Shown here piece by piece: positions 11,624 through 28,098 of a DNA stretch of 64,000 bases. The notes beneath the pieces were generated by a model, which saw only the letters and a program-made list of their open reading frames with translations, was not told the DNA's origin and searched no databases. A program made the position numbers and the translations under genes. This stretch comes from the human T2T-CHM13v2.0 reference genome, Homo sapiens: assembly GCA_009914755.4 (NCBI GenBank), contig CP068257.2, positions 12,768,001 through 12,832,000 on the forward strand. The letters are read 5' to 3'. Position 1 is the first letter of the stretch; each line of letters begins with the position of its first letter.

Positions 11624-14001
11624 CGGAGAACGATCAGTGCCATTGCCATCTGACTTATAAGCATAATTCCATCTCAAACAGTGCTCCTCTTCAATGAAAA
11701 CAAACTAAATGCACCTTGTGCCAAAGTGTAGTGATGTGCCCCTCTTGTTAGTGTACATGCTGAAGACAGTATCTGTTTTTCCCACTGTAGCTCTATTTTT
11801 TACCCTACCTTGGAATTATGCTATTAACTTTTCTATTCTCTTTGATTATAATAGGATTCTGATAACTTTAAAACTCAAAATAGTCTCACTTTAGTAATAG
11901 ATTCAACCTAGTGTATTCACATGAACTCTTATTTTATATAGAGCAAAATAACTTGTTCAGCTCTGGATTGCTACAGCCTGGAAGCCACATTATGAATGGG
12001 ATGAAAGATTTGTCTTTGTATTTTTATCTCTTTCTCTGTTTTGAGCTTTGCTACCTCCTGCCTGAGGTTATCTCTGGATCTTCGAGGGTTGGAGATAATG
12101 GGAAAGAAAGCAAGGATAAATGTTTATATATATTACACTTTTCAGATTTGAGGACACGAGTGTTGTTACCTTTCTCCTCCTACTCACTTTACAGTTCTCA
12201 TTCTCAAATCTTTCTGACCGTTTTCAAACTCAGAAATTCCAGTATGGGGAATTTGTACATTGAAGGGTTTAAGGAAGCAGAACTTCTAGGCCATGTGGAT
12301 GTGGTGCACTCTAAGTACCTGCGGGTTTAGATAAACCTAAGAAGGAAAGAAAGCACAGGGTACATGAGTTTTGATCTCTGATACATTAGAGTCTTGAGAA
12401 CAAGAATGATGAAGGATCAAGAGAGCCAATGGATAAGACTGGAGGAAAGGAAGCAGTGGGCAGGAATAGTGGAGCTTGAGCAGGTGGGCCCCGGGTGCTG
12501 AAGCCTGGAAGGATGGGTGCTGCCTGGACCCACAATGTTCTGTCAATCAGCTTCAGACTCCCTCAGTCACTGCCATAGTCCAGTCAGACTCCTATTTGTT
12601 CTCTCTTTCATTCAAGAGAAAAGATCATGGAATGCAATGAGAATTCATAATTGTATTTAAGTTTCATATGATGCCTAAAATTAATTTTATGAGAGACAAA
12701 AATATTTTAAACAATTAGAAACAAGGCTTAAATGAAAATTCCTCAAACTCTTAAAATGATTGAATGTATTCACACTAAAGAGTGAATGATTAATATAAAA
12801 ATCCATCTTTGAAATGATGGCAGAAGGAGAGAAAGACCACTGGACTCCTGATGGGTAGTAGGGTGACAATACCTAATATTCAGATTTGAGATGGCACAAA
12901 GATGTTTAAGGAAACCAAGACTTTCTCTCTCTCTTTCTCTTCTTTTTTAAACCACAAACACCTTTGGATAAGTAAAAGCTTTTTCGCAGATATATGACAT
13001 TTTACATGGGCCATGTCCCAAATGTTCTGTCTCAAAGTACACAGAAAATGACTTAAAAGGGGCATGGGAGCCAGATTCCCTGTGGACAGTAATTCTAATT
13101 CTGAAGAACACATGCAGTTGCTCAACAACGCTGCTGGATTGAGAAATGAGGTCTTGAGAATTACCAAAGAAGTGCTTTCAAGATAATAAAGCTTTGCAGT
13201 GTTCCATCGCCTGCAGAGGAACAGCAGGACAGACGGTTTTTCCCTCTAAAAGGGCTAAACTTCTGAAACCTTACAATGATGGAACTGAAGCTTTGGAGTT
13301 GTTTTAAGTAAATACAGAAAAAAAAAAAAAAAAAAATTCTGTCACAGTTCACATCACTTCAGGATTGACATTACCTGCTTTTATTTATTTTTTACTTCGT
13401 TTTGGTGATGCTGGTAGAATAGATGTCACTTGAGAGGTCAAGTCTTCAAAACAGGAGGAAAGCAGAGAGGTGAAGCAACTATGTGGAAAATTCAGGGAGA
13501 TTTGCTGCTCATGCGTACATTAGCCTAGACATTTCTTTGAAGAAGCTGCTAGGTTAAGGAAATGCCAGTGTTAAGAAACTGCTTTTGAAATAACTTTTTG
13601 AAATAATGCATTGCTTACGTGGGATTCTTTCACCTCCAGAGTTTTTATGACTAGTGGATCCCTTATTATTTGTCATTTTATGAAAGAATTTCAATAACTG
13701 CACATTAGCTGTTTATCTAAACTTCCAACCTTTTCTTTTTAGCTTTTGGCCAGGCCTTTTCCAGTATTTACTTATTTTATGGAAAAACCAAACTTTATCA
13801 CTAGACACAAAATTTAAGTGAGCGTTGTCTGTCCCTTGAGCTCACCCACCTTTCTCATCAGCCCTGCTCTTGGTGATCCTCTTGCCTCAGTCCGCTTTGG
13901 CCCCTACATCCTGGCACCAGTGTCATCATGGGTGCTCTTCTCAAATAGCTTTATTGTATTCTCTCTCTCAGTAAAGATACAGGAAATGGTGGCATTCTTT
14001 T

Positions 14002-14285
14002 TTTTTTGAGATGAAGTCTGGCTCTGTCTCCCAGGCTGGAGTGCAGTGGCGCGATCTCGCTCACTGCAAGCTCCGCCTTCCGGGTTCACGCCATTCTCCT
14101 GCCTCAGCCTCCCGAGTAGCTGGGACTACAGGTGCCCGCCACCATGCCTGGCCAATTTTTTGTATTTTTATTAGAGAGAGGGTTTCACCGTGTTAGCCAG
14201 GATGGTCTGGATCTCCTGACCTCGTGATCCGCCCGCCTCGGCCTCCCAAAGTGCTGGGATAACAGGCGTGAGCCACCGCGCCCGG
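14002..14285 (-). mobile_element. AluY on the minus strand, full-length, flanked by a 20-bp target-site duplication
   Basis: AluY-diagnostic positions are present (ccgggttcacgccattctcctgcctcagcctcccgagtagctgggactacagg; gtgttagccaggatggtctggatctcctgacctcgtgatccgcccgcctcggcc). The direct repeat ggaaatggtggcattctttt occurs at 13982-14001 and 14287-14306. Confidence 0.92.
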
Positions 14286-16705
14286 TGGAAATGGTGGCAT
14301 TCTTTTACGTTGGCATGAGATAGGAATGTTTATATTTAATTTGTGAACCCCAAAATGTGATCTTGAAGCAAAGATTGATAGCAATGGAAGTAGCAGGTGA
14401 AATCACCTGCTGGAGCTCTACCTGATGCCCCTTCAACTAATGCACCATAAAAATTCTCATCCTCTTCTTAGTCAGATCTAGAGGGAAACCCACTTCACTA
14501 CGTTGTCTGAATGTGACTTGCAGTGAACTAAAAAAAATATGAAATTCTCATCCTTCGTTTAAGATAAGTTCCTCATTGAAAAGAACTAGGAAATAGTATA
14601 TCAATCTTCAATCATTTGAACAAAATGTTCATGATGGTAAATAGGAGGTCTTCTTGAATCATCCCGATAACTTCTTCAGGATTCCACTTCTTGTTATGAT
14701 GACTGGGCATCTCACATTGCATCTGTTTTGAGATTGTCACCAAACTAAATAGGCATGAGAACGACTATAGTAGAGGGAAGCAAATTCTTTGTGTTAACAG
14801 TTGTTACCTGTTTTGCTAAAATCAGTAGCAGAAGGATTGTGATGAGGTTATTTAACTGGACAGTGAATAGGTCTCATTAGGCTAGAATTTTGTAAGGGGT
14901 TCTGCTTACTTGGTTTTACTTCCTTTGGCCAATAGATTAGTGATTCTAATAGCCAGCAATGGTCTACCTGATCTGGGTAGCTACCTAGAAATATGATTGC
15001 AGAGATTCTTTAACTTAAGATTTTACAATATTATACAAATATATTTCTGTGAATAACTGAGTCCACATTTTCTATATACAGTTATTACATGCAAAAATTT
15101 TAAATCACTCATAATCTCAGCATTTTTAACCACTAAAAAATTAGTTTACCTACTTTCATTCTCCTTCAACTCCACATCACTGTAATCACTGTAAATTATT
15201 TTATGAGTATATATTTCCTGGGTTTTAATTTTATTTTGTTTTAAATTGACAGGTAATAATTGTACATATTAATGGGGTACAGAGTGATGTTTTGATACAT
15301 GTATACATTATGTAATGAGCAAACCAGGATAATTAGCATATCCATCACCGTGAACACTTGTCATTTCTTTGTGGTAAGAATATTCAAAATTCCCTCTTCT
15401 AACTATTTTGAAATATACGGTACATTATTTTTTAACTATAGTCATCCTACTGTGCAATAGAACACCAGAACTTACTCCTTCTATCTAACTGTAACTTTGT
15501 GCGTGTTGACCAACCTCTCCCCATTCTTCCCTCTCCCCTGTTCTCCCCAGCCTCTGGTAACCACCATTCTACACTTTACTTCTATAAGATCAGCTTTTTA
15601 AAATTCCACATATAAGTTAGATCATGTGGTATTTGTACCTCTGTGCTTGGAAACTTTTATTTAACATAACGTTCTCTAGGTTAACTATGTTGTTGCAAAT
15701 GACAGGATTTCATTATTTTTTATGGCTGGATAGTATTCCATTGTGTACATACACCCATTTTTTAATCCATTCATCCATTAATGAACACTTAGGTTGTTCC
15801 TATATTTTGCCTATTGTGAATAATGCTGCAATAAACATGGGGGTGCAGATATCTCTTCAACATATTGATTTCATTTCCTTTGGTTATATACCCAAAATAG
15901 GGGTTGCTGGGTCTTAGTGTAGTTCTGTTGTTAATTTTTTAAGAAAACTCCATGCTGTTTTCCATAATGCCTGCTCCAATTTACCTTCCCACCAACAGTG
16001 GCTAAGTGCTCTCCTTTTTCTACATCCTCACCAACATTTGTTATTTTTTTTTATCTTTTTGATAGTCACTATTCTAACTGGGGTATGGTGACATCTCATT
16101 GAGGTTCTGATTTGCATTTTCCTGATGATTAGTGATATTGAGCATATTTTCATACACCTGTTGTCATTTGTATGTCTTCTTTTGAGAAATCTCTCTTCAG
16201 ATCTTTTGCCCATTTTCAAAGTGAATTTATTTATTTCCTTTTCTGTTGAGTTGTTTGAGTTTCATATATATTCTGGATCTTAACCGCTTGTCAAATGCAT
16301 AGTTTGTGACTATTTTCTTTCATTCTGTAGGCTATCTCGTCAACTCTGTTTATTGAGGTTTTGCTGTGTAGAAGCCTTTCAGTTTGATGTAATCCCATGT
16401 GTGCCTATTTTTACTTTGTTTTCTGTGCTTTTGAGGTCTTACTCCAAAAATTCCTTGCCCAAGCCAATGTCATAAGCATTTATCCAATTTTTTCCTCTAG
16501 TAGTTTTATAGTTTCGGATCTTACATTTAAGTCTTTAGTCCACTCTGAGTTGACTTTTGTTAAGTGGTGAGAGGTAGGAGTCTAGTTTCATTCTTCTGCA
16601 TGTTTAGATTCAGTTTCCCAGCACCATTTATTGAAGAAACTGTTCTTTCCCCAGTGTGTGTTCTTGGCACCTTTATTGAAATTCAGTTGGCTTAAATGTG
16701 TGAAT

Positions 16706-16900
16706 TTTTTTCTGGATAGTCTATTAATTTTTGTATTCATTGTAGAGACGGGGTTTTGCTATGTTGCTCAGGAGGGTCTCGAACTCCTGGACTCAAGCAA
16801 TTTGCCTGCCTCAGCCTCCCAAAGTGCTGGGACTACAGGTGTGATCCACTGTGCCTGGCCTATAGTTTTTATTGTAGAGACCTTTCACCTCCTTGGTCAA
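16706..16900 (-). mobile_element. Alu left-monomer fragment or fragments on the minus strand, nested in the old L1
   Basis: It reads tttttgtattcattgtagagacggggttttgctatgttgctcaggagggtctcgaactcctggactcaagcaatttgcctgcctcagcctcccaaagtgctgggactacaggtgtgatccactgtgcctggcc, followed by a second partial copy of about 40 bp (tttttattgtagagacctttcacc). Confidence 0.75.
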
Positions 16901-19371
16901 ATTCATTCATCGGTATTTTGTTGGTTTTATAGCTATTGTAAATGGGATTCTGTTCTTGATTTCTTTTTTTAGAAAATTCGTTGTTGGCATATAGAAACAT
17001 TACGGATTTTTGTGTTTATTATGTATACAGCAACTTTACTGAATTTGTTTATTAGTTCCAGTAGTTTTTTGGTTGATTCTATAGGTTTTTTTATAATTAA
17101 GATCATGTCTTCTGCAAACAGAGACAACTTGACTCTCAATTTGACAATTGAGGAGCATGTCATTTAATTTCCATGTAGTTGTACAGTTTCCAAAGTTCCT
17201 AATGTTATTGATATCTAGATTTTTTTCCCTTGTGGTCAGAAAAGATACTTGATATGATTTTGATTTTTAAAAATTTGTGAAGACTTTTTTGTGGTCTAAC
17301 ATATGATCTGTCCTCGAGAATGAGAGTATTTCATTTGCTGTTGATTCTTCTTTTGTTTTTTTCTTCTTCCGTTCATTCTTTTCACCTTTTTAGTTTTCTT
17401 GCCTAATTGCTCTAGCTAAGACTACTAGTACTACATTGAATAGAAGTGGTGAAAACGAACATCCTTGTCTTGTTCCAGAATTTAGAAGTAAAGCTTTTAA
17501 CATGTTTCCAGTCAGTAAGATGTTAGCTCTGGGTCTTTCCATATATGGCCTTATAGTGTTGAGGTACATTCCTTCTGTAACTAATTTGTTTAGGGTTTTT
17601 CTCATAAAGGAATGCTAAATTTTATTGAATGCTTTTTCTTTGTCTATTGGGATGATCATTTGGTTTACTTCCTTCATTCTGTTGATGTGATATATCACAT
17701 TTATTTGATTTTCATACGTTTGAACATTCTTGCATCCCTGAGTTGAATCCTATTTGATCATGGTGAATGATCTTTTCAATGTGCTGTTGGATTCAGTTTG
17801 ATAATATTTTGTTGATGATTTTTAAATTCATTTTCAACAGGAATATTGACCTGTAGTTTTCTTTTTTTTTTCTTGTGTCCTTGTCAGATTTTGGTATCAG
17901 AGTAATAATGGCCTTGGAGGATGAATTTGGAAGAATTCTCTCCAATTTTTCATCATGGTTTGAGAAGAATTGGCATTTGTTCTTTAAATATTGGTAGAAT
18001 TTGGCAATGAAATCATTCAAACCTGGGCTTTTATTTGATGGGAGGCATTTTATTACTAATTCAATTTAGTTACTTGTTATTGGTCTGTTCAGGCTTTCTA
18101 TTTCTTTGTGATTCAATCTCAGTAGTTTGTATGTGTCCAGGAAATTGTCCATTTATGTCAGGTTCTCCAATTTGTTGATGGTTAGTTGTTCATAATTGTC
18201 TCTAATGATCTTCTGAATTTCTGTAGTATTGGTTGTGATGCCTCCTGTTTCATCTCTTATTTTATTTATTCAAGTAGCCTTTTTCCTTAATTGGCATAGC
18301 TAAGGGTTTGTCAATTTTGTTAAAAAAGCAACTACTCATTTTATTGATCTTTTGTATTTTTTTAGTCTCTATTTTGTTTATTTCTGGTCTAATCTTTATT
18401 ATTTCTTTCCTTCTATTTTTGAAGTTAGTTTGTTCTGGCTTTTCTAGTATTTTGAGATGAAACATTATGTTATTTGAAATATTTCTACATTTTGATGTAG
18501 GCATTCATTGCTAAAAACTTTCTTCTTAGAACTGTTTTTGCTGTATCTGATACATTTGTGATATATTGTGTTTCCATTTTCATTTGACTCAAGAATTTTT
18601 TTAATTAAAAATAAAATAAAATGTCTTAATTAAAAAATTTTTAAATTAACACACTAGTTATTGAGGAGCTTGTCATTTAATTTCCATGTAGTTGTACAGT
18701 TTCCAAAGTCCCTAATGTTATTGATATCTAGATTTTTTTCCCTTGTGGTCAGAAAAGATACTTGATATGATTTTGATTTTTAAAAATTTGTGAAGACTTG
18801 TTTTGTGGTCTAACATATGATCCGTCCTCGAGAATGAGAGTATTCCATTTGCTGTTGAGAAGAAGGTGTATTCTGTGGCTGTTGGATGGAACACTCTATA
18901 AATGTCTGTTAGGTCCATTTGGACTAGAGTGTGGTTTAACTGTACTGTTTTCTTGTTCAATTTTTGTCTAGATCACCTGTCCATTGCTGGATTTAGGTTG
19001 TTGAAGTTCACTACAATTATAGTATTACAGTCCTTATCTCCTTTTAGGTCTGTTAACATTTGCTTTATATATTTATTCTTCAACATAAGAAAACATTTTA
19101 TATTGGGTGAATATAAAATTGTTATATCCTCTTGCTGTATTTACCCCTTTATAATTATATTATGGCCTTCATTGTTTCTTTTCACAGTTTTTGTTTAAGG
19201 TCTCTTTTTTTCTGATGTAAGTATAGCTGCTCCCACTTTCTTATGGTTTTCATTTGCATAGAATATCTTTTTTTCTATTCCTTCACTTTCAATCTATGTA
19301 TCCTTACAGGTGAAGTGAGTCTCTTAGGGACAGCATATAATTGGGTATTGTTTTCTTCTCCATTCAGCCCC

Positions 19372-19776
19372 TCTGCTATAGTTTGGATACTTGACCCTCC
19401 AAAAATCATGTTGAAATTTGATCCCTAATGTTAGAGTGGAGCCTACTGGGAGGTGTTTGGGTCATGGAGGTGAAATGCCTTCCCTGGCATTGGGGTGTGT
19501 ATGAGTTCTCATTCTGTGAATTCCCATAAGGGGTGGTTGTTAAAAAGAGCCTGGTACCTCCCCTTTCCCTCACTTTGCTCTTGCTGTGTGATGTCTGCAC
19601 ATGCTAGCTCCCATTTGCCTTCTGCCATGAGTGGAAGCAGTTTGAGGCCCTCATCAGAAGCAGATATCGACCCTATGCTTCTTGTACAGGCTGCAGAACA
19701 GTGAGCCAAATAATCCTCTTTTAAAATTACCTACCCTAAAGTATTGCTTTATAGCAACAAAAACAAACTAAGACAT
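19372..19776 (+). mobile_element. MaLR MST-type solo LTR on the plus strand, inserted in the endonuclease region of the old L1
   Basis: It reads tgctatagtttggatacttgaccctccaaaaatcatgttgaaatttgatccctaatgttagagtggagcctactgggaggtgtttgggtcatggaggtg...cctcttttaaaattacctaccctaaagtattgctttatagcaacaaaaacaaactaagaca (TG...CA). L1 ORF2 sequence lies on both sides. Confidence 0.7.
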
Positions 19777-22200
19777 CTTCTATCTCTGTTAATTGGAGAT
19801 TTACTTTGAATGCAAAGCCAATTTACATTCAAGGGAATTATTGATAGGCAAAGTCTAACTACTGCCACTTTGTTACTTATTTTCTAATTGTTTTGTAGGC
19901 TCCTTTTTTCTTTCTTCCTCTCTTACAGTCTTCTTTTGAGGTTAAGTGATTTTCACTAGTTGTATGTTTTGATTCCTTGCTTTTTTATTTTTAGTGTATC
20001 TTTTATAGGTTTTTGCTTTGTGGTTACTGTGAGGCTTTCAAATGCCAAGCTATAGTTATGGCAAGTTACTTTAAAATGATAACAACTTAACTACAATTGC
20101 AAAGAAAAAAAAGGAATAAAAAAAGCTGTACATTTTAACTACATTCTCATCCCAAATTTTGAATTTTTATTATCATAATTTCAATTTTTATATTGCCTGT
20201 TTCTTAATGAATTATTATAATTATTAATTTTGATAATTTTGTCTTATAGTTTTATACTAAAGATATGTGTTTTCAGAATCATAAGTTATCTATTATTGCA
20301 GTATTTGAATAACAATCATGGTACCATCAATTTCCTTTGGTTTGTAGAACTCTCTGTAGCATTTTTCATAGGACAGGTCTGGTAGCAATAAGTTTCCTCA
20401 GTTTTTGTTTGTCTGGGAATGTCTTTATTTCTCCTTCATTTTTGAAGCTTACTAGGTAAAATATTTTTGGTTGACAGTTGTTTTTATTCAGCATTCTGAA
20501 TATATTATCGTATTATCTTCTGGCCTGCAAGATTTCTGCTGAGAAGTCTTCTGCCTGGCATATTAGATCTCCATTATATGCTATTTGCTTCTTTTTTCTC
20601 ACTGCTTTCAGGAATCTTTTTTTGTTTAGACCTTTGAGAGTTTGATTATAATGTATCTTAGAGTATTCTTATTTGGGTTGAATCTAATTAGTGACCTATG
20701 ATCTTCCTAACCTGAATAATTTTATCCTTCTACAGATTTGGGAAATTTTGTGCTATTATTTCTTTGATTTATCATTCCACCCCTTTGTCTTTCTCATTTT
20801 CCTTTTTAACTTAATTAACCCAAATATTTGCTCTTTTGATGTAGTTCCATAGATCCTATATGCTTTCTGTGTTCCGTTTTGTTTTTTTCTCTTTTATTGT
20901 CTATGTATTTTCAAATATGCTTTCTTTGAGCTTACTGACTCTTTCTTCTGTTTGATCAATTCTGCTGTTCATGGTCTTTATTACATTTTTCATTTTATTC
21001 ATTGTATTTTTGGCTCCAGGATTTCTGTTTGGTGTTTTTATTATTTTAATCTCTCTGTTAAGTTTATGTTAAATTTCTGATTTTTTTGTTTTACTGAATT
21101 TTGCTGAGCTTCCTTAAAACAGCTATTTTGAATTCCTTGCATAAGAGATCGCACATCTCCATCACTGTAGGGTCTGTTATTGGTGTTTTATTTTGTCATT
21201 TTGATGAGGTTACATTTTCCTAAATGGTCTTGTTGCTTATGGATGTGTGATGATATCTGCCCATTGAAGATTGTGTTATGTTTCCTGAGTTCGTAACCAC
21301 TGCAGCTATCTCAACACTAGAGGATGCTCTAAGCCCAGATTTGCCATGAGTCGCATGAGGATGCCAAGGATGTGGTGACTCTGGCAGGGATGAATCCGAG
21401 GAAGGTCCAAGAAGGTACCCAGGCTGTGAGGGAAAGCTAACCAGGAACCAGAAGACGAAGAGATGCCTTCCAGCAGATCCCTACACACGCAGGATAGGTT
21501 TTTGACTGTAGCCTAAATAAGCATGCCTTCCAGCAGATCCACATGCAGGATAGGTTTTTTACTGTAGCGAGAGGAGCTGGAGCTGAGACTGGGTCCCCTT
21601 GGGATCTCCTGTGGAAGGGTGGGAGGTGAGCTCATTTTGTTATCTCAGAGAGGCATGTCTTGAATTTTTGTTAATTGGCTTCCTTTTTACTCTCTCTAGC
21701 CTTTTCTTGTAGAAATCATACTGTATGAATGTTGGGCTCTTGGGAATTTTTCTCTGTCTCTTGATGGTTTATTTTCTGTTTTGAAACTGTATTTATTTTC
21801 TATGTGTTCTGGGAAAATTCTCCCATCTTCTCTTCCAACTCACTGATTTTCTTTTCAGCAGTGGATATTTGGACTATATATTAAGTTTTTTTTTTAATTT
21901 TAGCAAATATACTTTGCTCTTTTTTCATAACCTTCTATGATACTTCCTACATAAAATATCGCCTGCATCACTTTGAGGATAATTATCTTTTCTGGTTACT
22001 TAACTATCAATACCTTTTGTGTGTTTTTTTTTTTCTCAGGGTGTTGCTTTTCATCAAAACTCATCTATGAACTGAGAATTTCTGCTGAACTGTCAGCAGC
22101 CAGCCTCAGAGGAAAGGTGGAATCACCTGCCAAGGGCTTATACTTCATATTGTTTTTAGTTAGAGTAAAGGGATGGGAGTAATGTCTCAGCAACTGGTTT

Positions 22201-22216
22201 TCTGACTCTAATTTCT
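22201..22216. repeat. Target-site duplication, copy 1 (tctgactctaatttct), of the young L1PA insertion
   Basis: The 16-mer is identical to 25463-25478. It directly abuts the L1 poly(A), which reads on plus as tttctc t(11). Confidence 0.9.
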
Positions 22217-25503
<3,287 letters not shown>

Positions 25504-25814
25504 TCATCTGGGTTAACACTATGTTCCTTTGGCCCAAACACAATGTCCAATCCTGGAGACAAAGCCTACTGACATTACAGGGACATGACACACAAGGGTG
25601 TATGGTTGCAGAGTCAGCCAATGTGGATGCTCTCCTTGTAGTAACAAAGTAATCTTGTCAATTGAACCATGTTCTGCATAATAGTGAGAAGATTGCTGTT
25701 AGCATTTAACAATGTATTTAGAACATATTTCTAGGTGTTTTTTTCTGTGACTGCACAATATTCCATTCTATACCTGTATTATGATGTGTGTAATTACTCC
25801 CTGGTAGTTTTCAA

Positions 25815-26112
25815 TTTTTTTTTTTTTCGAGATGGAGTTTCACCCTTTCACCCAGGCTAGAGTGAAGTGACACAATCTCAGCTCACTGCAGCCTCTGCCT
25901 CCTAGGTTCAAGCAATTCTCCTGCCTCTGCTTCCTGAGTAGCTGGGATTATAGGCACCCGCCGCCATGTCTGGCTAATTTTTGTATTTTTTTAGTAGAGA
26001 TGGGGTTTCAGCATTTTGGCAAGGCTGGTCTTCAACTCCTGACCTCTGGTGATCCACCTGCCTTGGGCTCCCAAAGTGCTAGGATTACAGGCGTGAGCCA
26101 CTGCGTCAGGCC
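25815..26112 (-). mobile_element. Alu (S/J-type) on the minus strand
   Basis: It reads t(13)cgagatggagtttcaccctttcacccaggctagagtgaagtgacacaatctcagctcactgcagcctctgcctcctaggttcaagcaattctcctgcc...ggattacaggcgtgagccactgcgtcaggcc. Confidence 0.9.
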
Positions 26113-26117
26113 AAAAA

Positions 26118-26245
26118 GTTTTTTTTAGTAGAGATGGGGTCTCATTGTCTTGTCCAGGCTGATCTTGAAATCACCTCAAGCATGCCTTTCAGTTTGGCCT
26201 CCCAAAGTGCTGGGATTATAGTTCTGAGCCATTGCACCCAGCCCC
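26118..26245 (-). mobile_element. Alu monomer fragment (FLAM-like) on the minus strand, adjacent to the previous Alu
   Basis: It reads ttttttttagtagagatggggtctcattgtcttgtccaggctgatcttgaaatcacctcaagcatgcctttcagtttggcctcccaaagtgctgggattatagttctgagccattgcacccagcccc. Confidence 0.75.
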
Positions 26246-26594
26246 TGGTAAATTTTTAAGTTGTTTCTAGTATTATGCTATTGTAAACAGCAATAGCATA
26301 ATAGATATTTGACTAGATATTCTTGGCATCAGCTTTGTAGAATATATTCTTAGAAGTACAATTGCTGGGTCATAAAGCCTACACATTTTTAAACAATTTG
26401 TACTCCCATCAACAATGTAGGAGAGCATGTTCTTCCACTTTCAAATCAAACCTAACCTTTTTAATTTGCCAAGCTGATACAGGAAAAATGGTATCTGACT
26501 ATTATATTGCCTTATATTGCTTCCATTATAAAAATTTTCTGTTATATTTCTTTCTAGTATGATTACAATTTTGTTGTTTTCACATTTACGTTTT

Positions 26595-26885
<291 letters not shown>

Positions 26886-27787
26886 TCTGTTTTCACATTT
26901 ACATTTTAAGTGATCTGTCATTTATTACGGTACAATTGTGAAACAAGGATCCAACTATTCTTTTTCATTTGACAACTAATTGTCTCAGTACTATTTGTTG
27001 GATAAAATATTCTTTCCCCACTGAAATGAAATGCCAGATTTATCATTTGTACATTCTAATATGTACCTGCATTATTTTATGAGCTTTATTTAGGTCAAGC
27101 GATCTATTTCTCTGTTGTTGTATCTGTACTATACTTTATAGTTAAAACAAAGAAATACATTTAAATTCCTGGAAGGCCACAAACCTCATTATTATTTTCA
27201 AAAATTTTGTAGCTTTTGTGCTCACTGGTCAGATTTCAAAAGGAAAAAAAAAGAGTCAAGCTTCTACTTGGAATACTTTAAAATTTATCTAATAATTGGA
27301 ATGTATCTTACTGGGATTGTATTTTCAATTGGGAAAAGGATATGCCTCTTCCTATTCCTTTCTTGTTAAATTTATACCTAGGTATTATCAAATTTTGTTA
27401 CTAATGTGAATTAGATTTTTCTCTCTTTTTTCCCTTTTGTATGTTACTTTTACTTATAGAGAAAAACTATTGATATTTGTAAATTTTCTTATATACAGCA
27501 ACTTTATAGAACTTATTAGCTCTAAAATTATTTTAGTTATTTATTTTGGATTACAAGGGCATATAATTACATTATCTGCAAATGATAATAGCTTTATCTC
27601 TTCTTTTTCAAAATATAGTCAGTTAGTGAATGCATTTCCAAAATTTGTTTCATGAGCTAAACTCTATATACTATTGGTGACAGTCGTACCTGTCTGGCTC
27701 CTGACTTTATTGGAACGCTTTTAGTATACCACCTTTTAATATTTCCAGTTTCTGATAAATATATTTTTGATGTTTCAGAAATTGTCT

Positions 27788-27810
27788 TTATTATTATTAT
27801 TATTGTTATT
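27788..27810. repeat. (TTA)n microsatellite forming the tail of the adjacent Alu
   Basis: Direct reading shows tattattattattattgttattatt. Confidence 0.9.
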
Positions 27811-28098
27811 ATTTTGAGATGGAGTCTTGCTCTGTTGCCCAGGCTGGAGTGCAGTGGCACAATCTCGGCTCACTGCAACCTCTGCCTCCAGGGTTCGAGC
27901 AATTCTCCCTGCCTCAGCCTCCCGAGTAGCTGAGATGACAGACGCCTGTCACCACACCTGGCTAAATTTTTGTATATTTAGTAGAGATGAGGTTCTGCCA
28001 TGTTGGCCAGACTGGTCTTGAACTCCTGACCTCAGGTGATCCACCCACCTCAGCCTCCCAAATTGCTGGGATTACAGGTGTGAGCTACCACTCTTGGG
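27811..28098 (-). mobile_element. Alu (S/J-type) on the minus strand
   Basis: It reads ttttgagatggagtcttgctctgttgcccaggctggagtgcagtggcacaatctcggctcactgcaacctctgcctccagggttcgagcaattctcc...ctgggattacaggtgtgagctaccactcttgggc. Confidence 0.9.

Larger units (their letters stand above)
15215..22200 (-). mobile_element. Old near-full-length LINE-1 (L1P/L1PB-like) on the minus strand. Its 3' end is at about 15215 and ORF2 spans about 15600-19370. After an MST LTR insert, the ORF2 start, inter-ORF region and ORF1 span about 19780-21300. The 21300-22200 region may be 5' UTR; the 5' boundary is uncertain
   Basis: The L1 3' UTR in reverse complement at 15230-15420 reads ...ggtgatggatatgctaattatcctggtttgctcattacataatgtatacatgtatcaaaacatcactctgtaccccattaatatgtacaattattacc. 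Minus-strand ORF2 remnants are collinear (18718-18960 endonuclease; 17390-17605 reverse-transcriptase ...[27 protein letters not shown]; 16969-17163 [28 protein letters not shown]). The reverse complement of 20380-20480 gives the ORF1 C-terminus (..ILPSKLQK.RRNKDIP.. ~ ILYPAKLSFKNEGEIKTF). Confidence 0.8.
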
